DNA of 37,012 bases, from positions 1-37,012 of the IMG/VR virus record IMGVR_UViG_3300044266_000304. One strand, 5' to 3'. The position numbers and the translations under genes were made by a program. Position 1 is the first letter of the stretch. Every line of letters begins with the position of its first letter. The DNA comes from a virus. Taxonomy: Duplodnaviria; Caudoviricetes. Positions 8,741 through 16,696 of this stretch are shown piece by piece. Below the pieces are notes generated by a model that worked only from the letters and a program-made list of their open reading frames with translations, had not been told where the DNA came from and did not search any database.

Positions 8741-9554
8741 AACTTCCGTAGAATTCTGGATTATTATTATTGGAATCGCCAGGAGCAGTTGCCGGAATAT
8801 AGGTAAAACGGACATAACTGAATATGCCATTAAAGTTAAAATAATCTATACCGCTGAATCCATTATAAGTTTGGCTAGCAATGGTTACATATCTATTGAA
8901 GTTGGCAGGACTATTATACAAGGTGCCTTCTATTAGAAGTTGTCCTTTAAATTCGGTCATGTAAACTGCGGCTGTATGTAATGCGGTATTACTGTTATAT
9001 TCTGGATAAGCATAGATATTACCACTGCGATGACGATATTTGTGGATCGTATCGTCATACACTCTTTCAAATGATACTACTTCTTGGCTTGGTTGTAATA
9101 CAGGAAATACATCTTGCGCTACCTTCATGAAACCTGCTACACCATAGTAAGTATTGCTATATGCAGGAAGATATGTTCCATCGGTGTCTTGTTTTTTAAC
9201 ACTAAATTGATAATCGCTAACATCAAGGTCCATTGTATCGCTTTCTGACAACGTTAATTCTGCTAGACCTCTGGTCGCAAAGGTTGAACCGTCATCGAGT
9301 ACATCTAAAGTTTTTTCTATTAGTAGTCGCTGGTTAGTTGCATCGAATAAACTGAATACAAACACATCGTCTTGGCTAATCGGAATACGCTTTTGATCAC
9401 TATTTTTAAATTGTATACGAACTTTGTTCTTGATGCCTTTTTGTATTTTTAAGTCGCGTTGGTACATAACTCGATTGGCTCCTTTTACTGTCGGGTCCAA
9501 ATCTAATATAATATCGAGCGTGTTGGGATATAAATAGATTGGTAAACTTTGCAT
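8715..9554 (-). CDS. Hypothetical, probably virion structural (Ig-like / BppU-N-like) protein
   Basis: Beta-rich 279-aa ORF with start revised to MQSLPIYLY. AATAAATA lies 7 nt upstream. Confidence 0.55.
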   Translation of the reverse strand: MQSLPIYLYPNTLDIILDLDPTVKGANRVMYQRDLKIQKGIKNKVRIQFKNSDQKRIPISQDDVFVFSLFDATNQRLLIEKTLDVLDDGSTFATRGLAELTLSESDTMDLDVSDYQFSVKKQDTDGTYLPAYSNTYYGVAGFMKVAQDVFPVLQPSQEVVSFERVYDDTIHKYRHRSGNIYAYPEYNSNTALHTAAVYMTEFKGQLLIEGTLYNSPANFNRYVTIASQTYNGFSGIDYFNFNGIFSYVRFTYIPATAPGDSNNNNPEFYGSFDKVLYRC

Positions 9555-9569
9555 TATCAAGTATTTATT
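9529..9569. promoter_or_regulatory. Face-to-face late promoters
   Basis: Perfect TATAAATA on plus (9529-9536) and AATAAATA on minus (9562-9569). Confidence 0.6.
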
Positions 9570-9574
9570 TTATA

Positions 9575-9958
9575 ATGATAACACCCACCGCGTTCCAAAC
9601 AAATTACCCTTTTATATCTTGCATTAAAAGCAATGAAACTGAATATGTAGGAGTCATAATCAACCTAGATAACTTCGTCGCCAGCATCTATGACATATCA
9701 ACTCTACGAAACGAAGAAGAAAAGAAGCTGTTTTTGGAATTAGGTGAAGTTTGGTGGTGGGAAAGTAACAGAAAAATACCTATCAATATATTTCTTAAAA
9801 AAGAAATGCAACTATTTAGGCATGCTATTAAAACCTTTAATAGCAAGGATGTTGAACTAGTATTCGGACCTTCTGTTAATCTTAGTGAGATTGCAGAAAA
9901 GCGCATTAAACGCAAATTAATACAACTAGTGAGAAATCCTAGGAGTATCCGTAGCTAA
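9575..9958 (+). CDS. Hypothetical phage protein
   Basis: 127-aa ORF (MITPTAFQTNYPF...WWWESNRKIPINIFLK) filling the gap between two minus-strand genes. Confidence 0.75.
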   Translation: MITPTAFQTNYPFISCIKSNETEYVGVIINLDNFVASIYDISTLRNEEEKKLFLELGEVWWWESNRKIPINIFLKKEMQLFRHAIKTFNSKDVELVFGPSVNLSEIAEKRIKRKLIQLVRNPRSIRS

Positions 9959-10517
9959 TTTGCTCGCAAATTAGATTCATTTGCACTACAATCGCAGCCG
10001 CATAGGCTATTGCATGTGCTTTCTTAAAATAGTAACTATCGTCGGCGGGTTTCTGCCAAACTTCTTTCTTCACGTCGGACCAATCTAGCCCAATCAGATG
10101 CCTTTTGGCTGGGCGTATAATAGCCAGCACCATAGCAATTTCCTCGATACTTTTCGGCTTCATCTTTCTCAGAATTGACCCATGCCCGTTCAGATGAAAC
10201 AACAGATTGCTGAACTCGTCCTGCTCTAATAGATCCCATAGCGGTTCCTGGTTAAGTAGTTGGGATAGATGTTCTTCATTTTTCACATCCTTATAGATGT
10301 TAACATTCAAAAAATCTATCTTAAAATATCCCCGATCTTCCGCTTCTCGATAGTCCAAACTGGCTGTACCTGTTAGAGGATTTACTGGGATACTACTACA
10401 ATAAACGCCTGTGTTGTGCTTTTTGTTGACACCTTTTTCCAAAATAGTAGCAGGAACATGCTCTATGATGTCCAAAATCCTAGTTCTATCTGCAAAGTCT
10501 ATATCAATATCCGGCAA
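9939..10517 (-). CDS. Minimal DNA polymerase III alpha (DnaE)-like catalytic fragment
   Basis: Ordered DnaE motifs MPDIDIDF, HNTGVY, YFKIDFLNV, LFHL, KPKSIEEIAMVLAIIRP and FKKAHAIAY in only 192 aa. Confidence 0.85.
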   Translation of the reverse strand: MPDIDIDFADRTRILDIIEHVPATILEKGVNKKHNTGVYCSSIPVNPLTGTASLDYREAEDRGYFKIDFLNVNIYKDVKNEEHLSQLLNQEPLWDLLEQDEFSNLLFHLNGHGSILRKMKPKSIEEIAMVLAIIRPAKRHLIGLDWSDVKKEVWQKPADDSYYFKKAHAIAYAAAIVVQMNLICEQISYGYS

Positions 10518-11283
10518 TTCTAATCTCGTCGTAACTTGGTGCGTAATTTCCTCTGTGTTGTACAGTTATACCTGCCGCCACATTAGCAAACATTATAGCT
10601 TTTTCTATGTCTTTTGTATATAGGTATTGGACAGACAATGCTGATAAAAAAGTATCACCGCATCCGCATACATCCATTACCTCTACAGGAATAGTTGGAA
10701 ATTCTTTGGTGCCCAGCATTGCACCTCTTTCTCCTAGGGTAACAATTAGGTTTCCTGTATAGCTGATCAGATTATTAAATTCAAATTCATTTATTTTGAT
10801 ATAGACATCTTTTCTTCCAAATGTTGTTAGATTATCTTTCTTGGTATCAATGAATATAGGACACGGTGCTGTGTTTATAATATGTTCGATATTTTCATAA
10901 GTTAGAAAACCTTTGTTGTAATCCGAAATTATAATTGCATCATATTCATTAAGCGGCTGCTGTGACTGACCGTTCCATGAACAAATTTTAGGTTCTGTGT
11001 CAACTCGTAGCATGTGCTGTCCTGACCGCTTATCAATGTACCTGGTCTTTATAATTTCTTCATGGTTAGTTATAAAGTCGGCATAGACTCCTAGATTTTC
11101 TAAATTTTTCTTCACATTGGAAGCCATGCCAGGTACTGTTTCTGTCTCCGTAATTTTGATCACAGGAACAGGAGCTTCGGGACTTAGTCTATCTATAGTC
11201 CCTATCTTATATTCGTCAATACAACTATCACCGATTAGTAATATCTTGAATGAGTCTTGATGTGGAGTGTCCGGTATGCTCAT
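10504..11283 (-). CDS. PfkB-family sugar kinase, HldE/RfaE kinase-domain-like (HldA)
   Basis: IGDSCIDEY..G.IDRLSPEAPVPV, ISDYNKGFL, VTLGERG and DVCGCGDTF. Confidence 0.88.
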   Translation of the reverse strand: MSIPDTPHQDSFKILLIGDSCIDEYKIGTIDRLSPEAPVPVIKITETETVPGMASNVKKNLENLGVYADFITNHEEIIKTRYIDKRSGQHMLRVDTEPKICSWNGQSQQPLNEYDAIIISDYNKGFLTYENIEHIINTAPCPIFIDTKKDNLTTFGRKDVYIKINEFEFNNLISYTGNLIVTLGERGAMLGTKEFPTIPVEVMDVCGCGDTFLSALSVQYLYTKDIEKAIMFANVAAGITVQHRGNYAPSYDEIRIAGY

Positions 11284-11620
11284 AAAATTTAATTTCTTTA
11301 CAATAAGCGGCGCCTACAATGGGTTTGTCTTTATAGTCACTGCCTTTTACCATAATGTCAGGCTGGTATAGCTCTATAATTTTTTCAAGTTCTTCTTCAT
11401 CACTAAAGATCCAACATCTATCAACAAACTTAAGACTGTCTATCATAAACTTTCTGTCTTCTTGATTATTAATAGGTCTACTAGGGCCTTTTAGCTCTCT
11501 AACTCGACTATCACAGTCAATGCAGACCATTAACTCGTCTCCAAGACTTCTAGCATACTTGAGCATCTCGAGGTGTCCTCGGTGCAGTATATCAAATGTT
11601 CCGTTAACAAATACCTTCAT
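11228..11620 (-). CDS. Cytidylyltransferase-family nucleotidyltransferase, HldE/RfaE domain II-like (HldC)
   Basis: NGTFDILHRGH (HxGH), VRELKGPSRPIN, PDIMVKGSDY and GHSTS. Confidence 0.9.
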   Translation of the reverse strand: MKVFVNGTFDILHRGHLEMLKYARSLGDELMVCIDCDSRVRELKGPSRPINNQEDRKFMIDSLKFVDRCWIFSDEEELEKIIELYQPDIMVKGSDYKDKPIVGAAYCKEIKFYEHTGHSTSRLIQDITNR

Positions 11621-12390
11621 ATGTTGTAGTATGATTTTAACAAAGTGGTATCAGCACAGGTATATGTTTGATATTGAGATTTAAGTTCATCAGGCATAGG
11701 GATGTATTCAATCTTTGCATCATACTTGTCGGCTATCATTCTTGCTACATCTGCGAATGATGTTGCGCGGCCTGTACCTACATTCCAAATTCCTGTATCA
11801 GGAACACTCAAGAAGTGTCTGTGAATTTTACAAACTGTTTCTACGGGAATAAAGTCTCTCTTGAATTCCTCACTACCTTCGAATAATTTTATAACACCTG
11901 TCTCTTTAGCCTGTTTTTCAAATTTATGATAGGGGCTAGCTTGAGCTCCTTTGTGATCTTCGTAGGGACCGTACACATTAAAATATCTAAATCCTTGGAC
12001 CTTAATAGGCCAGTTTCCGGCAAGATATGTAATATATCTGTCAAACAGGTACTTGCTCCATGCATAAGGACTTCTTGGATCTGCAGGACTACTTTCATTA
12101 AATTGTTTGTTTAGACCGTATATACTTGCAGAACTTGAGTATTGAAAGTTTACTCGATGCTGTAGACATTCGTTAACCAACCACCTACTAAAATCGTAAT
12201 TTGCTTCTAATACTTTTTCAACATTTTTTTCTGTTGTGGATGTAATTGCACCTAAATGAATAACCCAATCAAGACCATTTACATTGGGTAAATCATCTCC
12301 GGGCTGATAGAAAGAAAGATCGTGATCCGCCAAAAACTTAACCAAATTCTGTCCTATAAATCCTTTGTGACCAGTTATTAAAATTTTCAT
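11617..12390 (-). CDS. hldD: ADP-L-glycero-D-manno-heptose 6-epimerase-like SDR
   Basis: TGHKGFIG, HLGAITSTTE, YSSSASIYG, YAWSK, FRYFNVYGP.E.HKG.QAS, RDFI and YQTYTCAD. Confidence 0.85.
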   Translation of the reverse strand: MKILITGHKGFIGQNLVKFLADHDLSFYQPGDDLPNVNGLDWVIHLGAITSTTEKNVEKVLEANYDFSRWLVNECLQHRVNFQYSSSASIYGLNKQFNESSPADPRSPYAWSKYLFDRYITYLAGNWPIKVQGFRYFNVYGPYEDHKGAQASPYHKFEKQAKETGVIKLFEGSEEFKRDFIPVETVCKIHRHFLSVPDTGIWNVGTGRATSFADVARMIADKYDAKIEYIPMPDELKSQYQTYTCADTTLLKSYYNI

Positions 12391-12746
12391 TTCTGGCTAT
12401 CTCCCTTAGCGACACGATAGTTATCTTCTACACTATCGGGGGTACTTACCTCAATGAGAGCACCTTCTTCTAAACAGATAACTTGGTGAGGGAATAACGG
12501 CGGGTTATGCCATACATCGTTTTGTTTTAATTCTTGCTCGTAATGATCGGCGGTTTTAGTGTCTATCCATTTCACTAAAAATTTGCCAGATAGTACAAAC
12601 CAAGTCTCGTCTTTTTCTGCATGAAAATGCATACTGAATCTTGACCCAGTATTGAATTTCATAAGTTTGCCACAGTACTTGTCATTGGTGGCAAATATCA
12701 TTTCGTGTCCCCATCCTTTTTCTACTAGTCCCGATAATCTAGTCAT
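12387..12746 (-). CDS. Cupin-fold sugar isomerase-like protein
   Basis: Start revised to ATG 12746 (ATGA overlap). KGWGHE, SMHFHAEKDETW, PH and EVST metal-binding cupin pattern. Confidence 0.75.
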   Translation of the reverse strand: MTRLSGLVEKGWGHEMIFATNDKYCGKLMKFNTGSRFSMHFHAEKDETWFVLSGKFLVKWIDTKTADHYEQELKQNDVWHNPPLFPHQVICLEEGALIEVSTPDSVEDNYRVAKGDSQK

Positions 12747-12928
12747 TCTGGTAACTCCATAAATCTTTGTAGGAAACTTTCTAGATAACAACTATGTTCA
12801 GTAGGAGGTACCTTTCCTTCAGAACAATAGTGTACCCAAATATGCCCATCTATTTCGACTGTATGTAGTACACGAAATCTTGAACCGTCGCCGCCGCCCC
12901 AATGGCTTCCATCTTTAGGTATTTTCAT
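12743..12928 (-). CDS. Small hypothetical protein
   Basis: 61-aa ORF coupled on both sides by 4-nt overlaps. Confidence 0.65.
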   Translation of the reverse strand: MKIPKDGSHWGGGDGSRFRVLHTVEIDGHIWVHYCSEGKVPPTEHSCYLESFLQRFMELPE

Positions 12929-13320
12929 AGTTCTCCGCTTTCTGCTAATTTTAAAATAAGACTGTAATGTTCATAGGCTTTTTTTACAGCAGGATAATTA
13001 TCTCTAAAAAACTTTTCACGCTCTTTTTGCTCCATTAACTGTTCAAACATTGCGTAGTGCCCTTTGGTTCTCATATTGTTAAAAACCTGAGATTCAAATT
13101 CGGCAACCCTTGTAATTTCGCTTTCTGCTATTTCCACAGTGTAAAGAGGTTGAGTCTCAAACCTAACATGTTCGTCTTTTACAATGTAGTTATAATCGTT
13201 AGGAGATGTAAAATATTTTACATTTACAGGAGCATGAATATAAGCTCTCTTACTTTTATCTAAAATTTTAACTGAATGGTTACAACACCACTCGTCTACA
13301 AATTTTGACTTATCAATCAA
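12925..13320 (-). CDS. Hypothetical protein
   Basis: 131-aa ORF in operon, overlapping its neighbours. Confidence 0.7.
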   Translation of the reverse strand: MIDKSKFVDEWCCNHSVKILDKSKRAYIHAPVNVKYFTSPNDYNYIVKDEHVRFETQPLYTVEIAESEITRVAEFESQVFNNMRTKGHYAMFEQLMEQKEREKFFRDNYPAVKKAYEHYSLILKLAESGEL

Positions 13321-14017
13321 TTCCAGCCTCCTGACAAATTTCTCTAATCAGTGCAACATCTGCTGGATTATCTCTAAATTTACGCAACCAATATTGTATA
13401 TCACTGGGGCCGAGAATAGGAGCTATCATTTCTAATTGATCGTCGCTCATTTTTTGTAGCATCTCCTTTCCTGTGTTGGTATTTAAAACCACCCACGGGC
13501 TAATATGCCCGTAACGAATGTCGTGTACGCCCCTGTTAAATGTAGCATACATAAAATAATGATTAAATTCGGCAGTATTATCTTCTCCCCAACTCATCAT
13601 GGTAGTTAGGCTTCGTTGTGCCGCGCTTTCTACTGGTTCTACCTTCAATATTTCAGGAAGATACATATCGTAGTATATTTCATCTCTACACCAGTGATCT
13701 AATTTAATTCCGCTCTTAATTACATAATCAACAAATTTTTCTGGGTAGATAGGACTAACATTATTAATAAAGCTACCGAACTTAACAAATGCATTATAGT
13801 AGGAGGTATCACAAAATTCGTCGTAGGTTTTTTGCTTTCCTCCCTGAGCCAGTTGCCAAAAACGATTAAATGCCATGTAGCCTGCTTGAACACGCTTTTC
13901 ATCTTTTTGTAGAGCTCGTCTTTTTCTTTCGCACATATGAGCAACAAGAGTTTTTTCTTGCATGAAACTCTTGCCGCAATGATTACATTTATATGGTTGT
14001 GCCACTAAATCTATCAC
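13313..14017 (-). CDS. Zinc-finger protein, possibly a divergent gp59-like helicase loader
   Basis: N-terminal YKCNHCGKSFMQEKTLVAHMC finger and helical remainder with GHISPW. The gp59 resemblance is weak and judged by eye. Confidence 0.5.
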   Translation of the reverse strand: MIDLVAQPYKCNHCGKSFMQEKTLVAHMCERKRRALQKDEKRVQAGYMAFNRFWQLAQGGKQKTYDEFCDTSYYNAFVKFGSFINNVSPIYPEKFVDYVIKSGIKLDHWCRDEIYYDMYLPEILKVEPVESAAQRSLTTMMSWGEDNTAEFNHYFMYATFNRGVHDIRYGHISPWVVLNTNTGKEMLQKMSDDQLEMIAPILGPSDIQYWLRKFRDNPADVALIREICQEAGID

Positions 14018-14481
14018 CTGTACTCTTTCCTTTGAGATTTGTCAAATCCCATTTTGTCAAATAATTCCTCTCTATCGGCTTCGTCCATTATTGATGACAA
14101 CATTCGTATGTCATCTAATTTCATCGCAGGATACAGTTCACCAAGGAGTGTTTCGAATTTGTCCAGTTTAATTTTTTTCGTTGCAATATGTTGGTGGAAG
14201 GTAGGAACACCTACTCCTACTGCCGCACATAGTTTCCAAGTTAGTCCTGTATGTTTTGAAATGTCCCAGTGGTTCTTATTTAGAAATTCATTTGTCATTT
14301 CAACGAACCATTCCTGTGTATCTCTGTCACCGGTTGAGCTACTAATAAATCTCATCATAACAAACGCACTAAATTCTTTCTTTTGCTTGTCCGTTAGAGA
14401 TTCAAAGAATTCATAATTCTTTTGATCAATGGCTTTTAATACCACCGGTAAATCTAATTCACGACTTTTCTTTGTTGCCAT
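14014..14481 (-). CDS. Probable clamp loader small subunit (T4 gp62-like)
   Basis: FSAFVMMRFISS...EMTNE resembles the gp62 pattern Y.PFMINR.LS...ANEMN. Size and replication context fit. Confidence 0.55.
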   Translation of the reverse strand: MATKKSRELDLPVVLKAIDQKNYEFFESLTDKQKKEFSAFVMMRFISSSTGDRDTQEWFVEMTNEFLNKNHWDISKHTGLTWKLCAAVGVGVPTFHQHIATKKIKLDKFETLLGELYPAMKLDDIRMLSSIMDEADREELFDKMGFDKSQRKEYR

Positions 14482-14728
14482 TTTCTTTTATAAGATTATA
14501 GATTATTATACATTGATCAATGGCTTTTTGCAACGGCACATTATTCTCTGCTTTGCGATGAATATCTTTCCACAAAATTTCTTTTGCATGTTCTTCATCC
14601 ATTTTGACGCGATCGTAGGTTCTGCCAATTTCAAATCTAGTGTTAACAGGAGCGCCGTGTTCTCTAGCGTAGGTTATGCCATCTACATGTTCATATGTGT
14701 AGTTTACACCCGGTTTAAGAGTTCCCAT
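14459..14728 (-). CDS. Hypothetical protein
   Basis: Start revised to MGTLKPG, 1 nt after the upstream stop. Confidence 0.7.
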   Translation of the reverse strand: MGTLKPGVNYTYEHVDGITYAREHGAPVNTRFEIGRTYDRVKMDEEHAKEILWKDIHRKAENNVPLQKAIDQCIIIYNLIKENGNKEKS

Positions 14729-14729
14729 A

Positions 14730-15233
14730 TTACCAACATTTTGTGTAATCAACTAGCTCACTCTGACGACTAACTTCTTTAACAAAATAAGCGCACAATG
14801 GTTTTTCACCTGGGTGTAGCGGTGTACATAGAAGCTGACCCGGTTTCATTTTCGGAAAATACCATTTAACATCTTGATAGATATCGATAATATCAATGTC
14901 TAAAAATTCTGGTCTAAATCCGCTGATAGGGTTAAAACAAAAAGTTTTAAACCCGCGATCATTTAAACTTGTCAGTGGAAGTATTTCCATATCGGGACCC
15001 TCGGGATCACCTACGATAGTACACCAATCAAGCGGCATGGTTACTTCGTGTGGTCCTATCCTTAATACAACCGCAGGACCTGTAAAACTTTCTAAAAAGA
15101 TTAGAGGTATAAAAAAATGATCCGGGTTGGAGCTGTCTGAATTATCTAGAACTGAAAATCTAAGATCGTCCTCAATTTCTTCAGGAAGATCGTTAAGATA
15201 AAAAGTCTGATTATCTAGTGTTAAAATTTGCAT
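14730..15233 (-). CDS. Hypothetical protein with possible degenerate Hint-like fold
   Basis: 167-aa beta-rich ORF coupled to uvsW by TAATG. Block spacing recalls Hint domains, but catalytic residues are absent. Confidence 0.5.
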   Translation of the reverse strand: MQILTLDNQTFYLNDLPEEIEDDLRFSVLDNSDSSNPDHFFIPLIFLESFTGPAVVLRIGPHEVTMPLDWCTIVGDPEGPDMEILPLTSLNDRGFKTFCFNPISGFRPEFLDIDIIDIYQDVKWYFPKMKPGQLLCTPLHPGEKPLCAYFVKEVSRQSELVDYTKCW

Positions 15234-16696
15234 TATATGTATTTTACTTTCTCAATCGTAAACGGATATTTGGCTTCTTTATAAAACTTCTTCCTCTCCG
15301 TAAGATGCCGCTTTGCGTATTTGGTCGATGCTGTAACGTCCCAAATCTGTACGAAGTCTTTGTCTTCTGCTTTTCTAATGCCTCGCCCAATTGACTGTAT
15401 AACGCGGACAAAGCTCTTTCCGGGTTCCAGAAGCACCAAATTAAATATCCTAGGAATGTTAATACCAACAGCGGCCACACCATAAGTCGCCACAATAATC
15501 TTGTTATCAGCAGTTGCCACCTCACGGTATTCTTCCTTTCTATCTTTAGTTTTCACTTTGCCCGATATGAATACACTGTCGGGTAAAATGCTTGTTAAAA
15601 AATTTCCACTTTCAATTCTGTCAACTAATATTAAAGTATTTCCGGACTCTGCAATACCTTTTATTAGATTTCCAACATAGGTCATCCGATCCGTATCGGT
15701 GACTAAAAATTTAAGTTCTTCTTTATATCCCTTAAATTCCTTCCACTCGGCGGTTTGAATAACCTGTACATGACAATTACTAAGAACTCCTGCCTCTTGC
15801 AATTCATGTGCTTTAACTTCGTGTACAACTTCGCCTAATGCGGCCTTAATACTTTGAAATTCATGGTCTGCTTTTGGCACTGTACCAGTCAATCCCCATC
15901 GTATCGGAGCGTTAGCTAGATTGTGTGTTAACAGTTTCTTTAGTACATCAGCCTTGGCCATATGTACTTCGTCTACTATAACACAATTAACCCCATCGAG
16001 CAACTCTGCAAGAGTTAATACTTCATTTTCTTCGCCAAAATTTAGTGATTTTTTCTCAAGTATATTCAAACTTTGCCAAGTGCAGATAGTATGTGTCTTA
16101 TCAAGATTTTTTCTATCGCCGTAGTAAACTCCGACATCAAGGCCAACATTAATAAAGTCTTCTTCTGTTTGTTCGACAAGTGACTTGTTAGGGACAATAG
16201 TGACTGTTCTACCATATTTTTCACAAATTTTTGCTAGAGTGGCGGTTGTAATTGTTTTTCCGAAGCCGGTGGCAATTTCCTGTATACATTGGGGATTTTC
16301 TAAAAACTTGTTAATAACTTCAACTTGGTCCCCGCGAAGTCTAATTAGTTCCCCAGCGAATCTATGTCCATCGGGCCATGTTTTTTCACCCCAAAAATCC
16401 TCGGAAATTTGTGGGAATTCTAAGTTAGTTGGTACTCTAAGATCTTCTAACTCGATGTAAAAGTTTTGTGCTTCGAGATACTCAAGTACCTGTGGTAGCA
16501 TTGACAGATAGGTAGTTCCGCCTAGGCCAAAGAATGAGACAGTTCCGTCCCACCGACCTAGTTTATAAGCTGGTCTAAAGCGAGCAGTAGGGTCTTCGTA
16601 TTTGAATTTACGGACCAGGGCTTTGCGTGTGTCAAGATCTAAATTTTCTATCTTAACATTCACTTCATCTTTGATAATAATTTTACACGAAGCCAT
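15233..16696 (-). CDS. uvsW: SF2 DNA helicase UvsW
   Basis: WDG N-terminal motif, ATGFGKT, DEVH, GLTGT, GINIPRI and QSIGRGIR. Confidence 0.92.
   Translation of the reverse strand: MASCKIIIKDEVNVKIENLDLDTRKALVRKFKYEDPTARFRPAYKLGRWDGTVSFFGLGGTTYLSMLPQVLEYLEAQNFYIELEDLRVPTNLEFPQISEDFWGEKTWPDGHRFAGELIRLRGDQVEVINKFLENPQCIQEIATGFGKTITTATLAKICEKYGRTVTIVPNKSLVEQTEEDFINVGLDVGVYYGDRKNLDKTHTICTWQSLNILEKKSLNFGEENEVLTLAELLDGVNCVIVDEVHMAKADVLKKLLTHNLANAPIRWGLTGTVPKADHEFQSIKAALGEVVHEVKAHELQEAGVLSNCHVQVIQTAEWKEFKGYKEELKFLVTDTDRMTYVGNLIKGIAESGNTLILVDRIESGNFLTSILPDSVFISGKVKTKDRKEEYREVATADNKIIVATYGVAAVGINIPRIFNLVLLEPGKSFVRVIQSIGRGIRKAEDKDFVQIWDVTASTKYAKRHLTERKKFYKEAKYPFTIEKVKYI

Noticed and set aside
9939-10517. 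Mini-DnaE as a pseudogene or split-intein DnaE
   Set aside because: The ORF is intact, with internal deletions that spare the motifs, and has no intein N- or C-terminal sequence.
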